From NCBI GenBank assembly GCA_963765495.1, contig CAVXWP010000008.1, forward strand, positions 864,001 through 928,000: 64,000 nucleotides of DNA, in the 5' to 3' direction. Source of the DNA: Blastocatellia bacterium. GTDB lineage: Bacteria; Acidobacteriota; Blastocatellia; UBA7656. Position 1 is the stretch's first letter. Every line of letters begins with the position of its first letter. The notes beneath the pieces were generated by a model, which saw only the letters and a list, made by a program, of their open reading frames with translations, searched no databases and was not told the origin of the DNA. The position numbers and the translations under genes are program-made. This document shows, in pieces, positions 9,808-19,537 of the stretch.

Positions 9808-10023
9808 CAGAATCGAGATGCACAAGCCTGGTACAGACGAAACTCCAAAGTGGAGTGATGTAGAAATAGGCCACGGATGAACGCGGTTGCGACGGATTTT
9901 CACGGATCTGATTTTATATGAGCTAATCCGCGTAGATCCGCCGCATCCGCGTTCATCCGTGGTCCATTCCAATCTGACCTTCATTCAAATTCATTTGTAC
10001 CAAACTTTTGCGGAGTGTTTTAG
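9808..10023. mobile_element. MITE-like element (copy 2) with internal CGCGGAT palindrome (9863-9970)
   Basis: Colinear with 6971-7183 along its length (ATGCACAAGCCTGGTACA...TCATTTGTACCAA...GCGGAGTG.TTTAG). Confidence 0.75.
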
Positions 10024-10024
10024 A

Positions 10025-12487
10025 TCATTCGTATCTGAGAGCTTCCATCGGGTCTACCCTCGTAGCCCGTCGCGCAGGCACGAAACAGGCTGCAAGCGCC
10101 ACTCCCGCCAATATCATCGGCACCATCACAAACGTCATCGGGTCTGTCGCGCTCACCCCAAACAGCAGGCTGCTCATCACTCGCGTCAACGCATAGGAGG
10201 CGGCTAGCCCTGACAGTATGCCGGTAAGTATCAGCGCCATCCCCTGCCCCACTACCAGTCGCAGGATGTCTCCGGTCTTCGCTCCCAGTGCCATCCTTAT
10301 TCCGATCTCGTGCGTGCGTTGAGCCACCGTAAATGATACGAGTCCGTAGATCCCAACAATCGCCAGTATCAGCGCGACCGCGCCGAATGTGCCCATTAGA
10401 ATCATGTTGAATCGCGGCTGCGCGATAGCGCCTGCCAGTACCTGTTCCAGCGTTGTTATCTCTGAGATGGGCTGGGTTGCATCTATCGCGCTTATTTCAT
10501 CTCGAATCGCCGGGATGAGGGATGAAGGATCACCTGTAGTTCGTATCAGCGCCGTCATATCGGCCAGAGGAACCTGCCGCGCAGGCAAATAATATGCAGG
10601 CTCGATCTCGGCATCCAGACCCATAAACTTCGAGTCTCGCACGATGCCTACTATCTCGAATGAAGTAGGGACAGCCTTTCCCCAGAGGTTTGATGGAGTT
10701 GTGATCTGTACTCGCTTGCCAAGCGGGTCTTCGTCTGAAAAGTAGCGGCGAGCCAGGGCGTCGTTTATGATGATCACACCGGGGCGGTCGGTGTCATCCT
10801 GCTCGGTGAAGAGGCGGCCTCTTTCCAGTTCCATCCCAACCGTGCGGAAATAACCGGCGCTTACGGGGCGGAATCTGCCGGAGGGATGTTCACCCGGCTC
10901 AGGTTCGGGGCGCCCTTCGATTGAAAAACTGTCTATCCAGGTTGATTTCAACGGGTGGTCATAGGCCACGGCAGTGGATTCGACTCCCGGGATGCGGTTA
11001 ACTCGTTCGAGGAATTCCGCATAGAAATCTCGAATCTGATACCAGTCGGCATACTTTGATTGAGGCAGGGTGAGATCAAACAGCAGGACCCCCTGCGCAT
11101 TAAAGCCGGGGTTCACACGATTTAATTGCCAGAAACTCCTGATCAATAAACCGGCAGCCGTCACAAGAATGACCGCAAGGCTCACTTGAGCCACAACAAG
11201 AAGGCGACGAAACATCTGGCGGCTCGTCCCCGGTTGCAGGCTCCGCCCCCCCTCCTTGAGCGTCTCTACGAGATCGGGTCTGGAAGTTTGCAGGGCCGGC
11301 ATCAATCCGAATACGAGACTGGAAAGGAGGGAGATAAGCAGGGTGAAGCCAAGCACGTTCGAATCAACCCTGACCTGATCGAGCCGGGGGATTTCCTGTG
11401 GGATGATCTTCAGCAAGAGGTCAATGCCAAATAGCGCGAGCCAGATGCCCGCAGCGCCCCCGACAAGCGCAAGTAACAGACCTTCCACAAAAAACTGGCG
11501 CACCAGCCGCAGTCTGCTCGCGCCAAGCGCCGCGCGAATCGCCACCTCTTTCTGGCGTCCCGTCATCCGCGCAAGCAGGAGACTCGCTATGTTGGCGCAG
11601 GCAATCAGCAACACTAACCCGACCGTGCCAAGCAGGATTAGCAGCGCCGGTCTCACGCTTCCAACCACCTCATCGACAAGCGGGCTGACCAGTATGCCTT
11701 CATTCCTGTCTTCCGGGTATTGCTGTTCAAGGCGGGCGGCGATCACATCCATTTCCGATTGCGCATCTTTAATAGTAACGCCCTGTTTGAGGCGACCAAT
11801 GACCCCGAGTACGTGCGAATTGCGATTTGCGGCACGTTGTTCATTTAGCGTGAAAGGGATCAGATAATCCTGATGACTCGGCTGGAAAATTATCTGCGTG
11901 GATGTCATTGGCCACGTGGGATAAATACCTGCGGGCATCACTCCAACAACGGTGTAGCTGGTCCCATCCAACGTGATCGCCTTGCCGATAATATCGGGAT
12001 CGGCTCCGAACCTTCGCACCCACAAACCGTGCCCAAGAATGATCACGCTGTTTCTGCCCGGCTGCCCCTCTTCGGCTGAGAATGCGCGACCCAGAATCGG
12101 TGAGAGTCCCAGCGTAGCAAAATAGTTTGTGCTGACCCGCGCGCCCAAAAGCATTTCGGGTTCACCACTGCCGGTCAGGTTCATGCCGGACGCGCCGAAA
12201 GTTGCTATGTTTTCAAAAAGGGTGCCCTGCCTTTGCCAGTCAAGATAATTCGCGGGCGTTACGCGCGATCTGTCCCCTCCCCGGTCGATCCTGGTTTCCC
12301 AGAGCGCAACAACCCGGTCAGGCTCCTTATATCCCAGAGGCTTGAGCAAGACCGCGTTGACTACGCTGAAGATCGCCGTGTTTATCCCGATCCCCAATGC
12401 CAGCGTCATTATTACCACGGCGGTGAATCCGGGATTTTTGACCAGCAACCGCATTCCGTACTTCACGTCCTGCCACAGATTGTCCAT
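10025..12487 (-). CDS. ADOP-family duplicated orphan ABC permease
   Basis: MDNLWQDVKYGMRLLVKNPGF...DPMEALRYE; RBS AGGAG before ATG 12487. Confidence 0.95.
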   Translation of the reverse strand: MDNLWQDVKYGMRLLVKNPGFTAVVIMTLALGIGINTAIFSVVNAVLLKPLGYKEPDRVVALWETRIDRGGDRSRVTPANYLDWQRQGTLFENIATFGASGMNLTGSGEPEMLLGARVSTNYFATLGLSPILGRAFSAEEGQPGRNSVIILGHGLWVRRFGADPDIIGKAITLDGTSYTVVGVMPAGIYPTWPMTSTQIIFQPSHQDYLIPFTLNEQRAANRNSHVLGVIGRLKQGVTIKDAQSEMDVIAARLEQQYPEDRNEGILVSPLVDEVVGSVRPALLILLGTVGLVLLIACANIASLLLARMTGRQKEVAIRAALGASRLRLVRQFFVEGLLLALVGGAAGIWLALFGIDLLLKIIPQEIPRLDQVRVDSNVLGFTLLISLLSSLVFGLMPALQTSRPDLVETLKEGGRSLQPGTSRQMFRRLLVVAQVSLAVILVTAAGLLIRSFWQLNRVNPGFNAQGVLLFDLTLPQSKYADWYQIRDFYAEFLERVNRIPGVESTAVAYDHPLKSTWIDSFSIEGRPEPEPGEHPSGRFRPVSAGYFRTVGMELERGRLFTEQDDTDRPGVIIINDALARRYFSDEDPLGKRVQITTPSNLWGKAVPTSFEIVGIVRDSKFMGLDAEIEPAYYLPARQVPLADMTALIRTTGDPSSLIPAIRDEISAIDATQPISEITTLEQVLAGAIAQPRFNMILMGTFGAVALILAIVGIYGLVSFTVAQRTHEIGIRMALGAKTGDILRLVVGQGMALILTGILSGLAASYALTRVMSSLLFGVSATDPMTFVMVPMILAGVALAACFVPARRATRVDPMEALRYE

Positions 12488-12541
12488 TTGATCTCCTAAT
12501 CTCAGCGAGCGCATCTCAAATCTCGAATCTCAAATCCGAGA

Positions 12542-14959
12542 TCATTCGTATCTGAGAGCTTCCATCGGGTCTATCCTCGTAGCGCGTCGCGCAGGCACGA
12601 AACAGGCTGCAAGCGCCACTCCCGTCAATATCATCGGCACCATCACAAACGTCATCGGGTCTGTCGCGCTCACCCCAAACAGCAGGCTGCTCATCACTCG
12701 CGTCAACGCATAGGAGGCGGCTAGCCCTGACAGTATGCCGGTAAGTATCAGCGCCATCCCCTGCCCCACTACCAGTCGCAGGATGTCTCCGGTCTTCGCT
12801 CCCAGTGCCATCCTTACTCCGATCTCGTGTGTGCGCTGCCTGACCGAATAAGAAATCACGCCGTATATTCCTATGCTTGCCAGAATCAGAGCTATCGCGG
12901 AAAACATGGCAACGAGCAGCATGTTGAAACGCCGATCCGAGACCGATTCTGAAATCAGGTCGGTCATCGGGGCCACGTTGTAAATGGTCAACTCTTTCTC
13001 AAGCCCAAGCATTTGTTGGCGAACATTGCTTACCAGGGCCGAAGGGTCCCCGGTTGTGCGAATCGCTATGAAAGGGCTGACCGGCGGCCCCTGTTTGAAA
13101 TACATGTAGACTTCGGGGCGAGCCGCGACATCAAGCCCGAAATGATTGACATCGCCTACGACACCGACGATTGTCCACCACGGAGCATTCGGGTCGCCAA
13201 AAAACCTGATTCTTTTCCCGAGCGGGTCTTCACCCGGCCAGAACCTGCGCGCCGCCGATTCGGTGACAAGCCCGACCCTTGGCGAATCAGGCAAGTCTCG
13301 TTCTTCAAAGACGCGACCCTCCTTCAAGGGGATGCCCATCGCCTGAAAGTAATCCTTGCTTACACGGCGGAATTCGACTTCGGGACGCTCGCCTTCCGGG
13401 ACGGGCTGGCCCTCGATTTCGAGTGTGGTCGTGACCCCATCCATATTGCCTAATGGAAGCCGCGTGGTCCCGCCCACGGCCTGTACTCCAGGCAGAGAGG
13501 CTATGCGTTCAAACAATTGATCGTAGAAGGCCGCTCTCCGTGCCGATTGTCTGTACTGTTCCTGTTCCGGCAGCATGATTTGCATCGTCAGGAGATTTTC
13601 CTGATTGAACCCCGGATTTACCTGCAACAGGCGAGAGAAGCTGCGTATCATAAGACCCGCGCCTATCAACAACACGAGCGCAAGGGCTACTTCAGACACC
13701 ACGAGCAGGCTTCGCAGCCGGCCTCTGCCGCTCGCAAAACTCGTCCTCCCTCCTTCCTTGAGCGATTCGGTCAGGCTTGACTTTGAAAATTGCATCGCGG
13801 GGGCGAGGCCGAAAATGATTCCGGTCAATAGCGATATTATGAGCGTGAAGCCAAGCACCTGAGAGTCAATAACAATCTCATCGAGGCGAGGCAAATTCTT
13901 CGGGCTCAGCGCGCGAAGAAGGCTCACGCCCCATAGCGAAAGCAGCAAACCGGCCGCGCCGCCTACAAGAGAGAGGGTAACGCTTTCGGTCAAAAACTGC
14001 CGAATGAGTCGCAGGCGGGAAGCGCCAAGCGCGGTTCGGACCGCGATCTCTTTCTCCCGCGCTGCCGCTCGCGCTACCAGAAGGTTGGCCAGATTGGCGC
14101 AGGCAATCAGGAGCACGAAACCGACTACGCCAAACAGGACGAGCAGCGCGGGTCGAACCTTCCCTGTGATCTCTTTGTGAAGAGAGACGACATTGCCGCC
14201 AAGCCCCGTGTTTATCTCGGGGTATTGTTGCTCTAGCTGTCGAGTGATTGTAGCAACCTCCGTTCCGGCCTGATCAAAACTTGCGCCCGGAGCGAGATGT
14301 CCCACAACGGTCAGAAAGCGTACGGCTCGCCCTCGCGGAATAACCGGGTTAAGCTGCAACGGGAGCCAGAGGTCTACGTCTTCAAGGAAGTGAAACCCGC
14401 CGGGCATTACCCCGATGATAGTTGTCTTTCTGCTGTCGAGCGTTATCGTTTTGCCGCAAACATTCGGGTCTGCGCCAAAATGTCTAAGCCACAAACTATG
14501 GCTGATCAATGCGAGGTCTTCCTTGCCGGGTTTGTCTTCGGATTCTTGAAAAGCGCGGCCTAGAATCGGCCTTACGCCGAGCAGATCAAAGAAAGAGGCC
14601 GAGACCCAGAACCCTGTCACGTGTTCGGGCTCACCGTCGCCTGTGAGCCCGAAATTCCAGACCGGCGTAATCGCAGTCATCTCATCGAAACTCTGGCTCT
14701 GGTTACGGATATCTTCATAATTCGGGAAGGAAATGGGGTCGAGTTTCCCGCCTTCCTTGAAGTTTTCGTTCCGAACAATCGCAAGCCTCGACGGGTCTTT
14801 GAACGGGAGAGGCTTGAGCAGCACGCCATTTACTACGCTGAAGATCGCGGAGTTCGCGCCTATGCCAAGAGCAAGAGTCAGCACAGCGACAGAGGTGAAG
14901 CCGGGGTTCTTAACCATCATTCGGAACGCGTATCGGATGTCCTGCCAGAAATTTTGCAT
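12542..14959 (-). CDS. ADOP-family duplicated orphan ABC permease
   Basis: MQNFWQDIRYAFRMMVKNPGF...DPMEALRYE; RBS GGAGG before ATG 14959. Confidence 0.95.
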   Translation of the reverse strand: MQNFWQDIRYAFRMMVKNPGFTSVAVLTLALGIGANSAIFSVVNGVLLKPLPFKDPSRLAIVRNENFKEGGKLDPISFPNYEDIRNQSQSFDEMTAITPVWNFGLTGDGEPEHVTGFWVSASFFDLLGVRPILGRAFQESEDKPGKEDLALISHSLWLRHFGADPNVCGKTITLDSRKTTIIGVMPGGFHFLEDVDLWLPLQLNPVIPRGRAVRFLTVVGHLAPGASFDQAGTEVATITRQLEQQYPEINTGLGGNVVSLHKEITGKVRPALLVLFGVVGFVLLIACANLANLLVARAAAREKEIAVRTALGASRLRLIRQFLTESVTLSLVGGAAGLLLSLWGVSLLRALSPKNLPRLDEIVIDSQVLGFTLIISLLTGIIFGLAPAMQFSKSSLTESLKEGGRTSFASGRGRLRSLLVVSEVALALVLLIGAGLMIRSFSRLLQVNPGFNQENLLTMQIMLPEQEQYRQSARRAAFYDQLFERIASLPGVQAVGGTTRLPLGNMDGVTTTLEIEGQPVPEGERPEVEFRRVSKDYFQAMGIPLKEGRVFEERDLPDSPRVGLVTESAARRFWPGEDPLGKRIRFFGDPNAPWWTIVGVVGDVNHFGLDVAARPEVYMYFKQGPPVSPFIAIRTTGDPSALVSNVRQQMLGLEKELTIYNVAPMTDLISESVSDRRFNMLLVAMFSAIALILASIGIYGVISYSVRQRTHEIGVRMALGAKTGDILRLVVGQGMALILTGILSGLAASYALTRVMSSLLFGVSATDPMTFVMVPMILTGVALAACFVPARRATRIDPMEALRYE

Positions 14960-14997
14960 ATTTCCTCCCGCCTCTATCTCAAATCTCATATCCGAGT

Positions 14998-17430
14998 TTA
15001 TTCATATCTGAGAGCAACCATCGGGTCCACTTTCGTAGCGCGGCGGGCAGGAACATAACAGGCTACAAGGGCCACGACGATAAGCAATAAAGAGACCGCA
15101 ATAAAGGTGACAGGATCGGTTGCGCTCACGCCGTAAAGCAGTACCGACAACACCCGCATCAAGGCAAGCGCCCCGGCAATTCCGCAAACGATTCCGGCCC
15201 CGGCAAAGCTCATGCCCTTGCCCAGTACGTTTCTTAGTATCGCGCCCTCGCCTGCGCCAAGCGCCATGCGGATGCCTATTTCGTGGGTCCGCTCAGTGAC
15301 CGAGTAAGAGATAACACCGTATATTCCTACGAGGGCGAGCACCAGTCCCACAGCGGCAAAAATGACCAGAAGCAGCGTGTTGAATCGCTGTTGCGCGATT
15401 GAATTTGCGATCAACTCTTCGATTGGCGAAATTCTGTAGACCGGCTGATCGGGGTCTACGGCTGCGACTTCCCCGCGAATTGCGGAGGCCAGGCTCATCG
15501 GGTCGCCCGAAGCCCTTACAACAAAGTTTCCCCACCCCCAGGTTTGTTGACGATGTGGGACATACATCTCCGGCAACAGGTCGCGCGAAAGTCCAGAATG
15601 GCGCACATCGCCGACTATGCCTACGATCTCCCAGATAGCAGGCTCGTTATCGTCTACATTTACGCCCACGTTAGAGATTCGCTGGCCGATAGGGTTTTCA
15701 TCCGGCCAGTAGCGACGGGCAAGCGTTTCATTGAGGATGACAGCGCCGATTCCGCCTTTTCTGTCCGCATCGGTGAACTCGCGGCCCTTCAATAAAGGAA
15801 TACGCATTGTTTTGAAGTAACCCGGTGTCACACCGCGAAGACCGGCTTCGGGTTCCTGTCCGGGCAATGAAGGCCGTCCCTCAATCGTAAAACCCGTGTA
15901 AACATTATTTCCGCTAAAAGGTGCGGGCGTCACAAGGTCGGCAGATTTTACGCCGGGGAGAGCCCTTATACGATCGAGCACCTGTTGAAAGAACTCTATC
16001 CGCTGCTGGTCTTCCGGGAACTTCGTGCGCGAGGTCGAGATTCGCGCCATCAACACGTTCTCAGGATCGAAGCCGGGATTGACCTGTCTGAGCGTGAAGA
16101 AACTCTTTATCAATAATCCCGCGCCGATCAAGAGCATGAAGGCCAGAGCCACCTCAGAAACTACAAGCAAGCCGCGAAGGCGATGGCGTCCGGGACCGGC
16201 GGTGCTGCTGCGGCTTCCATCCTTGAGCGATTCATTCATATCGGGGTGCGATGCCTTAAGCGCAGGCATCAGACCAAAGATGATGCCCGTCAAAATCGAG
16301 GCCGTAAACGTAAAGGCGAGGACGCGAATATCAATCCCGACCGCGTTTATTTGCGGCAGATTTGCCGGCGCGAAAGAGATCAGGAAATCTTTCCCCCACG
16401 CGCCGATAAGCAATCCGAGCGCGCCGCCCGCAAGTCCAAGTATCAGGCTTTCCGTGAGCAGTTGCCGCACTATGCGCCATCGGCTCGCGCCCAGTGCCGT
16501 GCGGATGGCGATCTCTTTTTGACGTGACGAGGCTCTTGCAAGCAGCAGGTTCGCCACGTTCGAACAGGCGATCAGCAACACGAAGGCCACAGCGCCAAAC
16601 AAGACCCACAGCGCGGGACGGACATCAGCGACAAGATCATCGTGTAATCCGACAAGCTCAATGCCGATGTCGGTATTTGTCTGGGGGTAGAGTTTTTCGA
16701 GGCTTGCGGCAAGATTGCGCATATCGGCCTGCGCCTGCTCGATTGTAACGCCGGGTTTCAAACGGGCTACTACCCGATTTGTCTTGGCTCCCCTCTCTTG
16801 CAGGTTGCCCCCTTCGAAGGCAATGGTTGTGAACACCTTCGCGTCGTCAACAGAGACCGGAAATTTAAATTCTGCGGGCAGGACGCCAATGATCGTGTAG
16901 GGCTCATCGCTAAGCATGAGGGTACGGCCAGGTACGGTTGTGTCCCCGGCAAACAATCGCTGCCATAGACCATAGCTCAAGACAACCAGCCGTTCTGAGC
17001 CGGGTTTGTCTTCGCCCGGAAGAAAGGTGCGGCCGAGTATCGGGCTTACCCGGAGAAGATCGAAAAAATTTGCCGATACGCTCCCGCTGTCGATCCGTTC
17101 GGCCTCTTTGAATCCTGTGAGAGTAAAACCGGTTGACCTGAAGGCCGCGACATCGTCAAAGACCTGGTTCTGCGCTCTCCAGTCTTCGTAATTCGGGAAA
17201 GAAGTCATGAAGCCGCCCTTGCCGATCTTTGTATCGAACTCAGAAGCGAGCACGAGACGATCGGCTTCAGCAAGCGGGAGAGGGCGCAGCAGGATCGCGT
17301 TTATCACGCTGAAGATTGCCGTGTTGGCCCCAATGCCTAAAGCCAGAGCGAGTACGGCGATCCCGGTGAATCCCGGTTTTTTCAGCAGAGTGCGAACAGC
17401 GTAGCGAATGTCTTGAATCAAACTCTCCAT
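14998..17430 (-). CDS. ADOP-family duplicated orphan ABC permease
   Basis: MESLIQDIRYAVRTLLKKPGF...DPMVALRYE. Confidence 0.95.
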   Translation of the reverse strand: MESLIQDIRYAVRTLLKKPGFTGIAVLALALGIGANTAIFSVINAILLRPLPLAEADRLVLASEFDTKIGKGGFMTSFPNYEDWRAQNQVFDDVAAFRSTGFTLTGFKEAERIDSGSVSANFFDLLRVSPILGRTFLPGEDKPGSERLVVLSYGLWQRLFAGDTTVPGRTLMLSDEPYTIIGVLPAEFKFPVSVDDAKVFTTIAFEGGNLQERGAKTNRVVARLKPGVTIEQAQADMRNLAASLEKLYPQTNTDIGIELVGLHDDLVADVRPALWVLFGAVAFVLLIACSNVANLLLARASSRQKEIAIRTALGASRWRIVRQLLTESLILGLAGGALGLLIGAWGKDFLISFAPANLPQINAVGIDIRVLAFTFTASILTGIIFGLMPALKASHPDMNESLKDGSRSSTAGPGRHRLRGLLVVSEVALAFMLLIGAGLLIKSFFTLRQVNPGFDPENVLMARISTSRTKFPEDQQRIEFFQQVLDRIRALPGVKSADLVTPAPFSGNNVYTGFTIEGRPSLPGQEPEAGLRGVTPGYFKTMRIPLLKGREFTDADRKGGIGAVILNETLARRYWPDENPIGQRISNVGVNVDDNEPAIWEIVGIVGDVRHSGLSRDLLPEMYVPHRQQTWGWGNFVVRASGDPMSLASAIRGEVAAVDPDQPVYRISPIEELIANSIAQQRFNTLLLVIFAAVGLVLALVGIYGVISYSVTERTHEIGIRMALGAGEGAILRNVLGKGMSFAGAGIVCGIAGALALMRVLSVLLYGVSATDPVTFIAVSLLLIVVALVACYVPARRATKVDPMVALRYE

Positions 17431-17532
17431 AGCCTTTTTCCCCTTAAATCTGTCAATGATGACTTCAATGATTGATTGACAGTGTTTCGATAATTGATCG
17501 CGAACGAAGGCGCTTTTCCCTGTGAAGGCTAA

Positions 17533-17548
17533 ACCAAGCGGCGTGCCA
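17533..17548 (-). promoter_or_regulatory. Possible sigma54 (-24/-12) promoter for the ADOP array
   Basis: Minus strand TGGCACG-CCGC-TTGGT: perfect -24, -12 is GG instead of GC. Confidence 0.4.
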
Positions 17549-17697
17549 TAGGTGTTGACTACTCTTAAGTGAATCAATAGCTCAAGTTGGCGGGGTTTAA
17601 TAAATCACGGGCGAGCATAACGGTGTTCGTTTCCTGGAAAGCCATTCCCAAAAACGGGCACGAATCAGTTTTCCCAATATCTTCAAAGGGGCGAATA

Positions 17698-17804
17698 GAA
17701 ATAGGCCGGGACGGTCGCGGATGCGGCGGATCGACGCGGATCAGACCATATTTGAGCTAATCCGCGCTAATCCGTCACATCCGTCGAATCCGCGACCTAA
17801 TCTC
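17698..17804. repeat. CGCGGAT-armed palindromic element (copy 4)
   Basis: GAAATAGGCC...CGCGGAT...TGAGCTAATCCGCG...ATCCGCGACCTA; just downstream of the M28 peptidase stop. Confidence 0.85.
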
Positions 17805-17813
17805 CACGATGCA

Positions 17814-19482
17814 TTAATTGTCGGTCAGTTCAGGCGGCAACTGCTTGTCTACGCGAGGGCGGGCCGAGGCGTTGGCCAGTTCCCAGGCGGTGGCAAAGAT
17901 TGTGCGCGCAACTTTCTGCATATAGTTGTAGTCAATCTTTTCGACCGAATCCGAGGGCTGATGATAGTCCTCGTGATCTCCGTCCATGTAAAAGATTATT
18001 GGGATGCCTTTTCGCGCATAGTTGAAATGATCGCTCCTGAAGAAGAAGTGATTCGGGTCATTCGGGGCATCATATCTGTAATTGAACCCCAGATTGAGAT
18101 ATGACTTGTTGACTCGCTCGCTCAATTCTCCGAGGTCCGTGCTCATCTTTTTTGACCCGATCAGATAAACTTCATTCGGTCCCGGCAAATCCTTGTTCGC
18201 GGGATTATTGTCGCCTTCCATCTTTCTTCGACCGATCATGTCAATGTTTAGTTGAGTCACGATCTGGTTTAGGGGGATTGTCGGATATTCGGTGAAGTAT
18301 TGCGATCCCCACAGTCCCTTCTCTTCCCCCGCGTGCCAGATGAAAAGTATCGAGCGCTTTGGGCGCGGGCCGTGAGCGAATGCCTCTGCCATCGCAAGGA
18401 CGGATACCGTTCCCGAACCATCATCATCGGCTCCGTTGTATATCGCGTCTCCATTGACGGGCGGTCCGATCCCTACGTGATCGTAGTGCGCGCCTATGGC
18501 TACGTATTCGCTCTTGAGCGCAGGATCACTGCCTTCAAGAACCGCCAGCACATTTTGAGTGTCTACCTGTTCGGATTTGACCGCGACAGTAAAGCTCAAT
18601 CTCTTGTTTGGATTCAATTGAAACGGGGGCAGAAGATCATCAGCCGCCATGTGGTTGAAGACATCAGAAGCCCTTTGCTTCTCACCTTGAAAGAGTGCGG
18701 CCAGCATTTTTGGCGAAACGATTATCGAAGGAATAGTGGGCTGGGAATCGGTCTCAAATTTCTCGACCGACACCACGCCGTGTTCTATGCCCAACTTACG
18801 GGTCTGATTCCAGTTTGCGAGCAATTGAAAATCGGCGAGAATGATAGTTCCAACCGCGCCATGCTTCTGGGCATTCCTGCGAGGCGTTTCCCAGTCTTCG
18901 CCCTGTTTGCCCGTCAGGTCTTGAAATGTAACGCCTTTTGGGAACCCGTTACCGGCAATAATAACGATTTTGCCTTTCACATCTAAACCTTCAAAGGCAT
19001 CCATTTTCTTCGACTTTATAAACCATCCGTGCCCGGCGTAAACGAGCGGCCCGCTGGCCGTCCCCGCGCCTGCCGCGCCAAAGGCTATCGAAGCCAGAAA
19101 GTCTTCGCCAAACGCAAAGCTCTGGTCTCCCATCTCGGGCATGAGTTCCGACGGGATCAACCGAGGCGCGCCGCAACGCGATTTTCTGAAAGTAAGTACC
19201 GTTGTCTCCGGCGGGCTTGAGCCCCCAGCGGGCAAGGTTTAAGGCGATAAACTTGGCCGCCGTATCAAGCCCCCGCGAGGGGGTGTCGCGCCCTTCCATC
19301 TCGTCGGATGCGATGAAGTAGAGATAGTCCCTTAACTGATCCGAAGTGATGGCATCCACGTTTCCAAACCGAGACTCGGACCGGGCAACGCCGCCTTTCT
19401 TGCTGCCGGGATGCGCAAACGTTCCAGCCTGTGGCACAAGCATGCCTAAGGCCAGAACAAGTACAAAAAAGATCTTTTTCAT
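17814..19482 (-). pseudogene. M28 family aminopeptidase with PA domain, split by a 1-nt frameshift near 19138 (real or sequencing error)
   Basis: N-part has a signal peptide and ASDEMEGRDTPSRG; C-part has GAHYDH, NGADDDGSG, GEEKGLWGS, RSDH, DYHQPSD. The frames join at CAT GCC [C] GAG ATG. Confidence 0.85.
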
Positions 19483-19537
19483 TTCTCCTCCATTCAGAAT
19501 TGCTTCTCAAATAATATTGCCGCTGTGGGGTTAGCTT

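Noticed and set aside
10022-12835. DGR template/variable repeat pair
   Set aside because: Both copies are coding TM regions, the A/G differences go in both directions, and no reverse transcriptase is in the window.
4212-17804. CRISPR array from the recurring palindromes
   Set aside because: Copies are dispersed, about 105 bp and divergent, with no regular repeat-spacer pattern and no cas genes.
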